From Squalus acanthias (Eukaryota): 64,000 bases of DNA. The position numbers were made by a program, and so were the translations under genes. Positions 37,445 to 49,559 of this stretch are shown here, one piece after another. The stretch spans positions 16,988,001 through 17,052,000 of the forward strand of contig CM059452.1 in the NCBI GenBank assembly GCA_030390025.1, read 5' to 3'. The notes under the pieces were generated by a model that was given only the letters and a program-made list of their open reading frames with translations, was not told the origin of the DNA and ran no database searches. Position 1 is the first letter of the stretch. Each line of letters begins with the position of its first letter.

Positions 37445-37927
37445 CTGCAGGACAATTACAATAAAGGACAATAAACTGGAGAATTCCAGAGACAATGAAG
37501 CGGTGGTTAGATGTGACAGAAATGTGCTTTCCGCTGAATTTTAAAGGATTTATATTTCCCATCTGGGCCCTGTCCCATTTCCAGCCCGGAGCTGAGGGCT
37601 ATTCCATCCTTGTCTCTGAGAGCTTGAAGAGTTGAATTTACAGCACAGAAACAGGCCATTCTGCCCAACAGCTCTGTGCTGGTGTTTATGCTCCACAGGA
37701 GACTCCAACCATCTAACCCCAATAACATATCCTTCCATTCCTTTTTCTCTCATGGACTTATCTAGTTTCCCATTAAGTGCATATTATCGGGTGCCAGAGT
37801 GTTTAGTTAGTGGAATTACCAATCTGAATTATCAGAGTAGTACATTGAAGCTCTTAATAGAACGAATTGACACAAGGACAGCAAATAGTCACAATGTCTC
37901 ACTTATTGCTACAATTTCACCGCTCAC

Positions 37928-38236
37928 CTTTTTCCTTGTGGATGGAATTCCTCATAGGAGTCGGCATATCCTGATGGTTCACCACGCAGGTGAACTCATC
38001 CCCACTCAGCCAGGCTTGTGTCGAGATGTTGAAGTTGCTGATCACGCTGTTGGGATCCTCTCCGGTTTGAACGGCAATCTGTGATTTCAAAATATTCTTT
38101 CCTCTGGTCCAGGTCACGTTGACTCCATAAGGAGCATTAGACACGAAGCAGTTTAAGGTCATCGTGGCCTCCAGTAAGACCTGTTCTAGTGACGGTTACC
38201 GAAGAATAATCACTGGACCGTTGCATGAGGAAGGAT
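37928..38236 (-). pseudogene. IGHM: IgM CH3 exon (in-frame stop)
   Basis: CAG|(D)[41 protein letters not shown]...[33 protein letters not shown]|GTGAG. The TAA is at 38196-38198. Closely resembles shark Cmu3 as I recall it. Confidence 0.95.
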
Positions 38237-38934
38237 CTGTGAAACAGAAATGAAAGTCAAGCAAGGCTTCATCTTCACAATCAGGAGACCAGTGTTCAGC
38301 CATTACTGTCTCAAGGAGAATAAATCACCTTTGAGATATCACCCTCTCGCTGTTGCTTAAACACCATCATTAATGGAATGACAAGGAATTGGCAACGATT
38401 CCGGGAGACTCTTTAACATTTCCAGTGTATTTGCTCCCAGAGCCTCCTGTAATGGGCTGTGAAGCAAATACGCGGCGTAACAAAAGAATTAAATTCGGGT
38501 GCAATTGTTTTACGCACTGAATAACGCACTTCCCGAAATCCCTTGCTCCTTTATGCCAGTCTATAGACCCTTGAGCTCGATCACATCTCCGCTCATTATA
38601 ATGGCGCCGCCCCCAGGGTCACGAGCTCGACACGAAAATTACACTCGTTCAAAACGACTGTCAAACAAAATCCAGGATTTTAGGTGCAAAAAGGTAAATT
38701 TTCTGGTGACTTGTTGTAATTTTTGTCGCGATGAAAATCTGCAGGAACCAGTTGCAGCTCCCGTCAGAGAAAATGTGAAAGGTCGAGAGAATGGAGTTCC
38801 AAGGGGTCTTTTGTGTTGGGGAAATATGTGTAATGCCGGTGTGAGGTAGTTTATTCACTTCTGTCATTAGTGAACGTTTATCGTGTCTGGTGAGAGAGTC
38901 TGAATGGAATATGACCGCAGGGCATTAATACCAA

Positions 38935-39470
38935 CACAGGGACAGGAGGAGGTCATTCAGCGCCTCCAGCCTGTTCCGACATTCAATTAAATCCTGACTG
39001 ATCTGCACCTCAACACCATCTACCCGCCTTGTTTCTGTAACCCTTGATACCCTTGTCTAACAAAAATCCAGCAAACTCAGTTTTGAAATTTTTAATTGAC
39101 CCCCTGCCTCAACAGCTTTTTGGGGGAGAGAAGTCCAGATTGCCACTACCCTTTGTGTGAAGGAATCCTTCCTGACATCACCGCTGCGGCCTAGCTCTAA
39201 TTTTAAGGTTATGCTCCTTGATCTGGACTCCCCCACCTATATCAACCCAATCAATTCCATTTATCAACTTAAACACCTCAATTAGATCACCTCTTAATCT
39301 TCTATACTCAAAGGAATACAAGCCTATTCTGTGCAACCTGTCCTCATTATTTTATTCTTTTATCCGCGGTATCATTCTGGTAAATCTGCACTGTAGCCCC
39401 TCCAAGGCCAGTATATCCTGCCTGATGTGTAGTGCCCAGAATTGAACGCAGTTCTCTAAATAGGGTAGAT
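38935..39470 (-). mobile_element. Degenerate CR1 3' fragment
   Basis: Minus strand LENCVQFWAL..ILALE, RRLRGDLIEVFK and a CR1 3'UTR. Confidence 0.8.
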
Positions 39471-39654
39471 GCCCTTTCTAGCAGTCGGTTCCTGGACAGT
39501 TACCAGTAAAGGGTTCCAGACACCCACTGCCGCTCCGAATATGATCAGCCAACTCAGGAAAAACCTGCGACCAAGGACACCTCACTAACTGTCTGACACC
39601 AGAGCAGAGAGAAACATTCTCTGCCGAGATTAGTGAATCCTGAACCGTGAGGAA

Positions 39655-39935
39655 TCCTGATTCAGAAGATCGTGGGTTCAAGTCCCACTCCAGAGACTTG
39701 AACACGAAATGTAAATCGACACTCCCAGTTCAGTACTGAGGGGGGCGCTGCACTGTCGGAGTTGCTGTCTTTCACATCAGATGTTAAACCGAGGATCCGC
39801 CTGCTCACGCAGGTGTGCGTAATAGATCCCATGGCACTATTTCGAGGAAGAGCAGGGGAGTTCTCCCCGGTGTCCTGGCCAATATTTATCCCGAAACAAA
39901 CATCACTAAACCAAAAGGTTATCTGGTCATTATCA
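39655..39935 (+). mobile_element. Deu-domain tRNA-derived SINE
   Basis: GGTTCAAGTCCC B-box and a core homologous to 7472-7797. Confidence 0.8.
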
Positions 39936-42900
39936 CCAGAACTGCGCACAGTATTCTAAGAGCGATATGGACAGCGTAACTCTACACAGTAATCTAAGTG
40001 TGATATGGAGACCAGGACTGTGCAGAGTATTCAAAGTGTGATATGGAGACAGAACTGAGTACAGTATTCTAATTTTGATAAGTAGATCAGAACCGTGCAT
40101 AATACTCTAAGTGTGAAATGGAGAACAGAACTGTCCACAGTATTCTGAGTGTGATGGGGAGATCAGAACTGTGCAGATAACTCTAAATGTAATATGGAGA
40201 TCAGAACTATGAACAGTATTCTAAGTGTGATATGGAAACCAGAACTCTATACAGTATTCTAAGTTTGATATGACACCAGAACTGTGCACATACCTCCAAG
40301 TGTGATACGGAGACCAGAACAGTGCACAGTATTCTAAGTGTGCTATGGAGACCAGAACTCTACACAGTATCCTAAATGTGATAGGAGAACAACCTGTGCA
40401 CAGAACTCTAAATGTGATATGGAGACCAGAACTGTGCACAGTTTTCTAAGTGTGATATGAGACCAGAACTCTACACAGATTTCTAAGTGTGATATGAGAT
40501 CAGAACTGTGCACAGAACTCTAAATGTGATATGAGACCAGAACTTTGCACAGTACTCTAAGTGTGATATGGAGAACAGAACTCTGCACAATATTGTAAGT
40601 GATATATGGAGACCGGAACTCTTCACAGTACTCAAAATGTGATATGGAGACCAGAGCTGTGCACAGTATTTTAAATGTGATATTGGGACCAGGACTGTGC
40701 AGAGTATTCAAAGTGTGATATGGAGACCAGAACTGTGCACAGTATTCTAAGTGTGATATGGAGACCAGAACTGTGCACAGAACTCTAAATGTGATATGGA
40801 GTTCAGAATTGTGCACAGTATTCTAAGTGTGATATGGAGACCAGAACTCTGCTCATTACAGTAAGTGTGCTATGGAGACCAGAATTGTGTACAATACTTT
40901 AAGTATGATGTGGATACCAGAACTGTGCAGAGTGTTGTAAATCTGATATGGAGGCCAGAATTCTGCACAGTACAGTAAGTGTGATATGGTGACCAGAACT
41001 GTGCATATTATTCTAAGCGTGATATGAGACCAGCACTGTGCACAGAACACTAAATATGATATGAGACCAGAACTGTGCACAGTATTCTAAGTGTGATAAG
41101 AGAACAGAACTGTGCACATACCTCTAAGTGTGATATGGAGACCAGAACTGTGCACCGTATTCTAAGTGTGATATGGAGAGCAGAACTCTGCACAGTATTT
41201 TAAGTGTGATAAGAGAACAGAACTGTGCACATACCTCTAACTGTGATATGGAGACCAGAACTGTGCACCGTATTCTAAGTGTGATATGGAGACCAGAACT
41301 GTGCACAGTATTCTAAGTGTGATATAGGAGACCAGAACTCTGCACAGTATTCTAAGTGTGATATGAGACCAGAACTGTGCGCATACCTCTAAGTGTGATA
41401 TGGAGACCAGAACTGTGCACCGTATACTAAGTGTGATATGGAGACCAGAACTCTGCACAGTATTCTAAGTGTGATAAGAGAACAGAACTGTACACATAAC
41501 TCTAAGTGTGATATGAAGACCAAAACTGTGCACCGTATTCTAAGTGTGATATGGAGATCAGAACTGTGCACCGTATTCTAAGTGTGATGTGGAGACCAGA
41601 ACTCTGCACAGTATTCTAAATGTGATATGAGACCAGAACTGTGCGCATACCTCTAAGTGTGATATGGAGACCAGAACTGTGCACCGTATTCTAAGTGTGA
41701 TATGGAGAGCAGAACTCTGCACAGTATTCTAAGTGTGATAAGAGAACAGAACTGTGCACATACCTCTAACTGTGATATGGAGACCAGAACTGTGCACCGT
41801 ATTCTAAGTGTGATATGGAGACCAGAACTGTGCACAGTATTCTAAGTGTGATATAGGAGACCAGAACTCTGCACAGTATTCTAAGTGTGATATGAGACCA
41901 GAACTGTGCCCATACCTCTAAGTGTGATATGGAGACCAGAACTGTGCACCGTATTCTAAGTGTGGTATGTAGACCAGAACTCTGCACAGTATTCTAAGTG
42001 TGATAAGAGAACAGAACTGTACACATAACTCTAAGTGTATTATGGAGACCAGAAATGTGCACCGTATTTTAAGTGTGATATGGAGACCAGAACTGTGCAC
42101 CGTATTCTAAGTGTGATCTGGAGACCAGAACTCTGCACAGTATTCTAAGTGTGATATGAGACCAGAACTGTGCGCATACCTCTAAGTGTGATATGGAGAC
42201 CAGAACTGTGCACCGTATTCTAAGTGTGATATGGAGACCAGAACTGTGCACAGTATTCTAAGTGTGATATGGAGACCAAATCTGTGCAACGTATTCTAAG
42301 TGTGATATGGAAACCAGAACTGTGCACCGTATTCTAAGTGTGGTATGTAGACCAGAACTCTGCACAGTATTCTAAGTGTGATAAGAGAACAGAACTGTAC
42401 ACATAACTCTAAGTGTATTATGGAGACCAGAAATGTGCACCGTATTTTAAGTGTGATATGGAGACCAGAACTGTGCACCGTATTCTAAGTGTGATCTGGA
42501 GACCAGAACTCTGCACAGTATTCTAAGTGTGATATGAGACCAGAACTGTGCGCATACCTCTAAGTGTGATATGGAGACCAGAACTGTGCACCGTATTCTA
42601 AGTGTGATATGGAGACCAGAACTGTGCACAGTATTCTAAGTGTGATATGGAGACCAAATCTGTGCACCGTATTCTAAGTGTGATATGGAAACCAGAACTG
42701 TGCACCGTATTCTAAGTGTGATATGGAGACCAGAACTCTGCACAGTATTCTAAGTGTGATATGAGACCAGAACTGTGCGCATACCTCTAAGTGTGATATG
42801 GAGACCAGAACTGTGCGCCGTATTCTTAGTGTGATATGGAGACCAGAACTGTGCACAGTATTCTAAGTGTGATATGGAGACCAGAACTGTGCACCGTATT

Positions 42901-43766
42901 CTAAGTGTGATATGGAAACCAGAACTGTGCACCGTATTCTAAGTGTGATATGGAGACCAGAACTCTGCACAGTATTCTAAGTGTGATATGAGACCAGAAC
43001 TGTGCGCATACCTCTAAGTGTGATATGGAGACCAGAACTGTGCACCGTATTCTAAGTGTGATATGGAGACCAGAACTGTGCACAGTATTCTAAGTGTGAT
43101 ATGGAGACCAGAACTGTGCACCGTATTCTAAGTGTGATATGGAGACCAGAACTGTGCACCGTATTCTAAGTGTGATATGGAGACCAGAACTCTGCACAGT
43201 ATTCTACGTGTGATATGAGACCAGAACTGTGCGCATACCTCTAAGTGTGATATGGAGACCAGAACTGTGCACCGTATTCTAAGTGTGATATGGAGACCAG
43301 AACTGTGCACAGTATTCTAAGTGTGATATGGAGACCAGAACTGTGCACCGTATTCTAAGTGTGATATGGAGACCAGAACTGTGCACCGTATTCTAAGTGT
43401 GATATGGAGAGCAGAACTCTGCACAGTATTCTAAGTGTGATATGAGACCAGAACTGTGCGCATACCTCTAAGTGTGATATGGAGACCAGAACTGTGCAGG
43501 ACGGTTACCGGGAGGAGCGGGAAGTCGGCGTAGGACCAAGGGGACACAAGACTGGGAAGTCAGCGAAAGACCAGGGAGGTAAGACTAACTGGTAAGTACT
43601 TTCCTCAAACCTTCCTAGAAAGTAAAACTAAAACTAGTGGGATTTGGTTAGTTTAAAAAGGAATAAGAGGAGTACAGTATACATTGGTCTAAGTAAGCTT
43701 CGGGAAAACAAAAGTCAATAAATAAACTAAAACTAGAAAATTAAAAAGTAATATAAGGGTTAAGTC

Positions 43767-44714
43767 ATGGCAGTAGAGCTCGGACCTGTGTCATGCTCCT
43801 CCTGTAACATGTGGGAAATCAGGGACGCTTCCTGTGTCCCTGACAACCATGTGTGCGGGAAGTGTGTCCAGCTGCAGCTCATGTGGGACCGCATGACGGC
43901 CCTTGAGCTGCGGATGGACTCACTTTGGAGCATCCACGATTCTGAGAGGGTTGTGGATAGCACATTTAGTGAGTTGGTCACACCGCAGGTTAAGGCCAGC
44001 GTAGATAGTACATGGGTGACCAAAAGGCAGAGCAAGGGCAGGAAGGTAGTGCAGAAATCCCCTGGGGTTGTCTCCCTTAGCAAAAGGTTCACCGCCTTAG
44101 GTGCTGTTGTCGGGGGGGATGGCTCATCGGGGGAAGGCACCAGCAGCCAGGCTCATGGCACCATGACTGGCTCTGTTGCAAAGAAGGGAGGGAAAAAGAG
44201 TGGCAGGGCTATAGTAATAGGGGATTCGATTGTAAGGGGAATAGATAGGGGTTTCTGTGGTCGCGACCGAGACTCCAGGATGGTATGTTGCCTCCCTGGT
44301 GCAAGGGTCAAGGATGTCTCGGCGCGGGTGCAGAACATTCTGGAGGGGGAGGGGGAACAGCCAGTTGTCGTGATACATGTTGGTACCAACGACGTAGATA
44401 AAAAAAGGGAAGAGGTCCTACAAGTAGAATTTAGGGAGTTAGGAGCCAAGCTAAAAAGTAGGACCTCGAAGGTAGTAATCTCTGGATTACTACCAGTGCC
44501 ACGTGCTAGTAAGCGTACAGAGAACAGGATAGTTAGGCTAAATACGTGGCTTGAGCAGTGGTGTAAGAGGGAGGGTTTTAAATTTTTGAGGCATTGGAAC
44601 CAGTTTTGTGGTAGGTGTGACCTATACAAAAGGGACGGTCTACACCTGTGCAAAGATGGAACTGATGTTCTCGGGGTAATTTTTGATAAAGCATTTCGGG
44701 AGCATTTAAACTAG
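43767..44714 (+). CDS. CR1 ORF1p (N-terminal Cys zinc-binding motif + SGNH/GDSL esterase domain)
   Basis: 315 aa; CSSCNMW..CGKC, GDSIVRG, HVGTND, DGLHL. Confidence 0.9.
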   Translation: MAVELGPVSCSSCNMWEIRDASCVPDNHVCGKCVQLQLMWDRMTALELRMDSLWSIHDSERVVDSTFSELVTPQVKASVDSTWVTKRQSKGRKVVQKSPGVVSLSKRFTALGAVVGGDGSSGEGTSSQAHGTMTGSVAKKGGKKSGRAIVIGDSIVRGIDRGFCGRDRDSRMVCCLPGARVKDVSARVQNILEGEGEQPVVVIHVGTNDVDKKREEVLQVEFRELGAKLKSRTSKVVISGLLPVPRASKRTENRIVRLNTWLEQWCKREGFKFLRHWNQFCGRCDLYKRDGLHLCKDGTDVLGVIFDKAFREHLN

Positions 44715-44788
44715 TATGGCAGGGGGCTAGAAACCTATGTAGTGAAATAGAGGAAAGTGAAAGGCAGACAGAAATAAATGGTAAAAGA

Positions 44789-47656
44789 ATGAGGAACAAA
44801 AAACAAAGGGCCAAACTAATTCATAAAAAATGTGAGCATAAAAAAAGCCTGAGGGTTTTATACCTTAATGCGAGAAGCATCAGGAACAAGGTAGATGAAT
44901 TAGCTGTGGAAATAGAGGTTAATAATTATGATCTAATTGGGATTACGGAAACATGGTTACAGGGTGAGCAGGGCTGGGAGCTTAACATACAGGGGTATTC
45001 AGTATTTAGGAAGGATCGACAAAAAAGAAAGGGAGGAGGGGTAGCATTGCTGGTAAAAGAGGGGATAAATGCAATTGAAAGGAAGGATATTAACTCAGTT
45101 AATACAGAATCTATATGGGTGGAGCTAAGAAATAGCGAGGGGCGAAAAACAGTAATAGGAGTGGTATATAGGCCTCCAAATAGTAAAATAGAGGTTGGGG
45201 AGGGCATCACGAGGGAAATTAGAGAAGCGTGCAATAAGAGCACAGCTGTCATCATAGGTGACTTTAACTTACATATAGATTGGGCTAGCCTAATCAGTAA
45301 AAATAATGAGGAGGAGGAATTCCTTGAGTGTTTAAGGGATGGTTATCTGGATCAATATGTCGAGGAACCAACTCGGGAACAGGCTATATTGGACTGGGTA
45401 CTGTGCAATGAGAAGGGACTAATTAGTAATCTTGTTGTACGGGGACCCTTGGGTCAGAGCGATCATAACATGATCGATTTCTCACTCGAAATGGAGAGCG
45501 AAGAAATTGACTCAGAGACTAAGGTCCTGAATTTAAACAAGGGGAATTATGATGCCATTAGACGGGAACTGAGTAGTTCTGATTGGACAACGTTCCTGGG
45601 AGGACTGGAGGTAGATAAACAATGGCAAGCATTTAAAGATAGAATGACAAAATTGCAAAAATTGTTTATACCAATCTGGCATAAAAGGAAATCTAAAAAG
45701 GTGACTCAACCGTGGATAACAGGGGAAATTAGAGACAGCATAAAATCCAAAGATAGGGCGTATAAAATAGCCAAAAAAAGCGCCAGAGCGGAAGATTGGG
45801 AACAGTTTAAGATAGAGCAAAGGAGGACAAAGGGCTTAATCAAGAGGGGCAAAATAGCTTACGAAAGCAAGCTGGCGGAAAATATAAAAACTAACTCCAA
45901 AAGCTTTTATAAGTATATCAAGAGGAAAAGACTGGTGAAAACCAAAGTTGGTCCATTGCAGTCAGATACGGGGGAATATATAACGGGAAATAAGGAAATG
46001 GCAGACCAATTAAATGCATACTTTGGGTCAGTCTTTACGAAGGAAGACACAAAAAACCTCCCTGGGATATCGGGAAAAATAGGGACATTGGCAAAGGAGG
46101 AACTGACGCAAATCAATATCTCTAAGGATATGGTGTTAAGGAAGCTAAAGGGATTGAAGGCGGACAAATCCCCAGGGCCTGATAACATGCATCCTAGGGT
46201 ACTGAAGGAGGTGGCCCTAGAGATAGCGGATGCACTAAGTATGATTTTTCAGAATTCATTAGACTCGGGAACAGTGCCCATGGATTGGAGGGTAGCTAAC
46301 GTTACCCCACTATTCAAAAAGGGGGGTAGGGAAAAAGCAGGTAATTACAGACCTGTAAGCCTTACATCAGTTGTGGGCAAAATGCTGGAGTCCATCATTA
46401 AGGATGAAATAGCGGAGCACTTAGCAAATGGGGACAGGATAGGACAGAGTCAACATGGATTTACAAAGGGTAAATCGTGCTTGACTAATCTATTGGAATT
46501 TTTTGAGGGAGTAACTGGTAAAATAGATGGGGGAGAGCCAGTAGATGTGGTGTACCTGGACTTCCAAAAGGCCTTCGACAAGGTCCCACATAAAAGATTA
46601 GCATGGAAAGTTGAAGCTCATGGGATAAATGGGAAAGTATTGACGTGGATAGAGAACTGGCTGTCAGATAGAAAACAGAGAGTTGGAATAAACGGCTCAT
46701 TTTCTGAATGGCAGGCAGTAACAAGTGGGGTACCACAGGGATCTGTCCTGGGTCCCCAGCTGTTCACAATTTACATTAATGACCTGGATCAGGGAGTCGG
46801 ATGCAGCATTTCCAAATTTGCAGACGACACTAAACTTGGAGGGGGAGTGGGCTCAGAGGAGGAGACCAGGAAGCTCCAGAGCGATTTGGACAGACAGGGT
46901 GATTGGGCGGATAAATGGCAGATGCACTATAATGTGGACAAGTGCGAAGTTATCCACCTTGGGTGCAGGAACGGGAGGGCAAATTATTATTTAAATGGCA
47001 ATAAATTGGGAGAGGGGGAAGTACAGAGAGACCTGGGTGTTCTTGTACACCAGTCACTGAAGGCGAGCATGCAGGTGCAACAGGCGGTCAAGAAGGCAAA
47101 CGGTATGCTGGCCTTCATAGCAAAAGGGTTGGAATACAGGAACAGGGATACCTTGCTGCAGCTGTACAGGGCACTGGTGAGACCACACCTCGAGTACTGT
47201 GTACAGTTTTGGTCGCCTCATCTGAGGAAAGATGTTCTTGCCATGGAGGGGGTGCAGCGGCGATTCACCAGGCTGATACCAGGAATGGCGGGATTGACCT
47301 ATGAGGAGAGACTATGTAGTTTAGGGATGTACACACAGGAGTTTAGAAGATTGAGAGGGGACCTCATAGAAGTGTATAGAATTCTGACAGGTCTAGACAG
47401 ACTAGATGCAGAAGGAATGTTTCCCTTGGCGGGTGAGAACAGAACTAGAGGACATAATTTAAGGATAAGGGCTAAACCATTTAGGACAGAAATGAGGGGG
47501 AATTTCTTCACTCAGAGGGTGGTGAACCTGTGGAACTCATTGCCACAGAGGGCAGTGTACGCCAGCTCATTAAATATATTTAAGAGGGAATTAGATATAT
47601 TTCTACAGGCAAAAGAGGTTAAGGGTTACGGAGAGAAGGCGGGGACGGGATACTGA
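44789..47656 (+). CDS. CR1 ORF2p (APE endonuclease + reverse transcriptase)
   Basis: 955 aa, uninterrupted; YLNARSI, ITETW, GDFN, SDH, PGPD, QHGF, DFQKAFD, QGSVLGP, FADDTK. Confidence 0.95.
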   Translation: MRNKKQRAKLIHKKCEHKKSLRVLYLNARSIRNKVDELAVEIEVNNYDLIGITETWLQGEQGWELNIQGYSVFRKDRQKRKGGGVALLVKEGINAIERKDINSVNTESIWVELRNSEGRKTVIGVVYRPPNSKIEVGEGITREIREACNKSTAVIIGDFNLHIDWASLISKNNEEEEFLECLRDGYLDQYVEEPTREQAILDWVLCNEKGLISNLVVRGPLGQSDHNMIDFSLEMESEEIDSETKVLNLNKGNYDAIRRELSSSDWTTFLGGLEVDKQWQAFKDRMTKLQKLFIPIWHKRKSKKVTQPWITGEIRDSIKSKDRAYKIAKKSARAEDWEQFKIEQRRTKGLIKRGKIAYESKLAENIKTNSKSFYKYIKRKRLVKTKVGPLQSDTGEYITGNKEMADQLNAYFGSVFTKEDTKNLPGISGKIGTLAKEELTQINISKDMVLRKLKGLKADKSPGPDNMHPRVLKEVALEIADALSMIFQNSLDSGTVPMDWRVANVTPLFKKGGREKAGNYRPVSLTSVVGKMLESIIKDEIAEHLANGDRIGQSQHGFTKGKSCLTNLLEFFEGVTGKIDGGEPVDVVYLDFQKAFDKVPHKRLAWKVEAHGINGKVLTWIENWLSDRKQRVGINGSFSEWQAVTSGVPQGSVLGPQLFTIYINDLDQGVGCSISKFADDTKLGGGVGSEEETRKLQSDLDRQGDWADKWQMHYNVDKCEVIHLGCRNGRANYYLNGNKLGEGEVQRDLGVLVHQSLKASMQVQQAVKKANGMLAFIAKGLEYRNRDTLLQLYRALVRPHLEYCVQFWSPHLRKDVLAMEGVQRRFTRLIPGMAGLTYEERLCSLGMYTQEFRRLRGDLIEVYRILTGLDRLDAEGMFPLAGENRTRGHNLRIRAKPFRTEMRGNFFTQRVVNLWNSLPQRAVYASSLNIFKRELDIFLQAKEVKGYGEKAGTGY

Positions 47657-48387
47657 ATTGAAGGATCAGCCATGATCTCATTAAATGGCGGAGCAGGCTC
47701 GAAGGGCCGGATGGCCTACTCCTGCTCCTATCTTCTATGTATCTATGTATCTATGTAACTGTGCACAGTATTCTAAGTGTGATATGGAGACCAGAAGTCC
47801 GCACAGTATTTTAAGTATGATATGGATACCTGAACTCTGCACTGTACAGTAAGTGTGATATGAGACCATAATTGTGCACAGTATTCTAAGTGTGATATGG
47901 AGACCTGAACTCTGCTCGTTACAGTAAGTGTGCTATGGAGAGCAGAATTGTGCACAGTACTTTAAGTATGATATGGATACCAGAACTGTGCAGAGTATAC
48001 TAAATGTGACATGGAGACCAGAATTCTGCACAGTACAGGAAGTGTGATATGGAGAGCGGAACTATACACAATATTCTAAGTGTGATATGAGACCAGAACT
48101 GTGCACAGAACTCTAAATATGATATGAGAACAGAACTGTGCACAGTACAGTAAGTGTGATATGAGACCAGAACTGTGCACAGAACACTAAATATGATATG
48201 AGACTACAACTGTGCACAGTATTCTAAGTGTGATATGGAGACCAGAATTGTGCACAGTATTCTAAATGTGATATGGTGACCAGAACTGTTCACAATACTC
48301 TAAGTGTGGACTAACCAAATTACTATAAAAGTTGAACATGTCTCCTTACCTTATGACAGTTTTAGCCCTGTATCCCACAACACTAAC

Positions 48388-48687
48388 CTGCCATTGTGAT
48401 GTTCCAGATCGACTCACTTCGTCGACACACACAGTAGATTGTGCTGCTCCCCACCTCTGACTCGGTGAGGGTTAACTGGCTGCTCAGGATGTAGGTTCCC
48501 CTCTTGTTGAGCATTGACAAGCAAATCTTCTATCCAGTGGTGAGCGGCTCTTTACCTTTCTTCCAGGAACGGCTGGTGATTTCGGGGAAGTAGTCCATCG
48601 CCAAATAGCCGAAGGTGACAGAGCCGTCGGTGTTGGGTTGTTGACAGGAGGAGAGCAGGGTGAAGAGGGTGGGAGGAGACAGTGTCG
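48388..48687 (-). pseudogene. IGHM: IgM CH1 exon (in-frame stop, Cys>Tyr)
   Basis: CAG|(A)[98 protein letters not shown]|GTTAGT. 300 nt, with TAG at 48530-48532. Closely resembles shark Cmu1 as I recall it. Confidence 0.95.
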
Positions 48688-49559
48688 CTGGGAAAGAATG
48701 GACAATTGAACAAGTTAGAATCTGTAATCCGTGCTCATCAAACAACCAAACAACTCGAAATTTGACTCCGGGATAATCTCATTCCATCTTTTTTCCGCAC
48801 AAAGACTACATCGTCATTTGAGCTTCTGTCAGTTCCATCATTGACACCTGTAGATCCCCTGGTCAGGAACACACCTCTCTGTCCCCGAGCCCTAACACAT
48901 TACAGAAATAAGAACCTTTTCTCCTCACCTGAATAAACTATCTTTTATTGGATCATAGAATAGAAGATCAGACTCGTTTCCCTGCTATATCGGCCAGCAT
49001 TTATTTCTGAATCCACGACACTTTTATTCATTCATTTCATTGCAGTTTGTGGAAATTTGCTCTGTGCCAATTTGCTGCTCCGTTTCCTTACAAAACAACA
49101 ATGATTACACTTCAACAGTAACAGCGTAATCCGTGCTTATAACATTAGATATAACTCCTCAAACCTTGACTAACATAGAACTGAACAGGGAACTTATCCA
49201 TGGCCTAGTTTCTAAGTTTCAAGCTGCAGATGAATCGGGATTGATTCGAACATATCTCTTTCCTTCTCAGTATTTGAGGAAGAGAGATGTATTTCAACGC
49301 ATTGTGATTTGTGCTCTGTCCCATTCTATTGAATGGATGTCTCCTGAGTTTCCTCCTCCCTCCCGCTAAATTAATAATCCGAATTAAATACGATTCCCAC
49401 GTCCGGTCAATTGGAAGTGTCTCTTTAAATGGCCAACCGCCTACCACCAGTGAGAAGAGGCGCTGCTTTCTGGGTCCTAATAGGCACCACTTGTTGCTGT
49501 TTGTACCGAGCATAGTCTAAACATCTGGGCAGGTTTCTTCTCTAAATATCTAATATTGG

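Larger units (their letters stand above)
43499..47756 (+). mobile_element. Apparently full-length, coding-intact CR1 LINE
   Basis: Short 5'UTR, ORF1, ORF2, 3'UTR and a (TCTATGTA)n tail. A 9-bp TSD, AACTGTGCA, occurs at 43490-43498 and 47757-47765. Confidence 0.95.
39938..48310. repeat. 38-bp satellite GAGACCAGAACTGTGCACAGTATTCTAAGTGTGATATG derived from CR1 ORF2, split by a full-length CR1
   Basis: The unit on the minus strand encodes HLEYCAQFWSP, the CR1 ORF2 motif. The arrays span 39938-43498 and 47757-48310. Confidence 0.93.

Noticed and set aside
37054-48687. Assignment of the C exons to IgW or IgNAR
   Set aside because: The motifs ([44 protein letters not shown]) match shark IgM as I recall it, not IgW or IgNAR.
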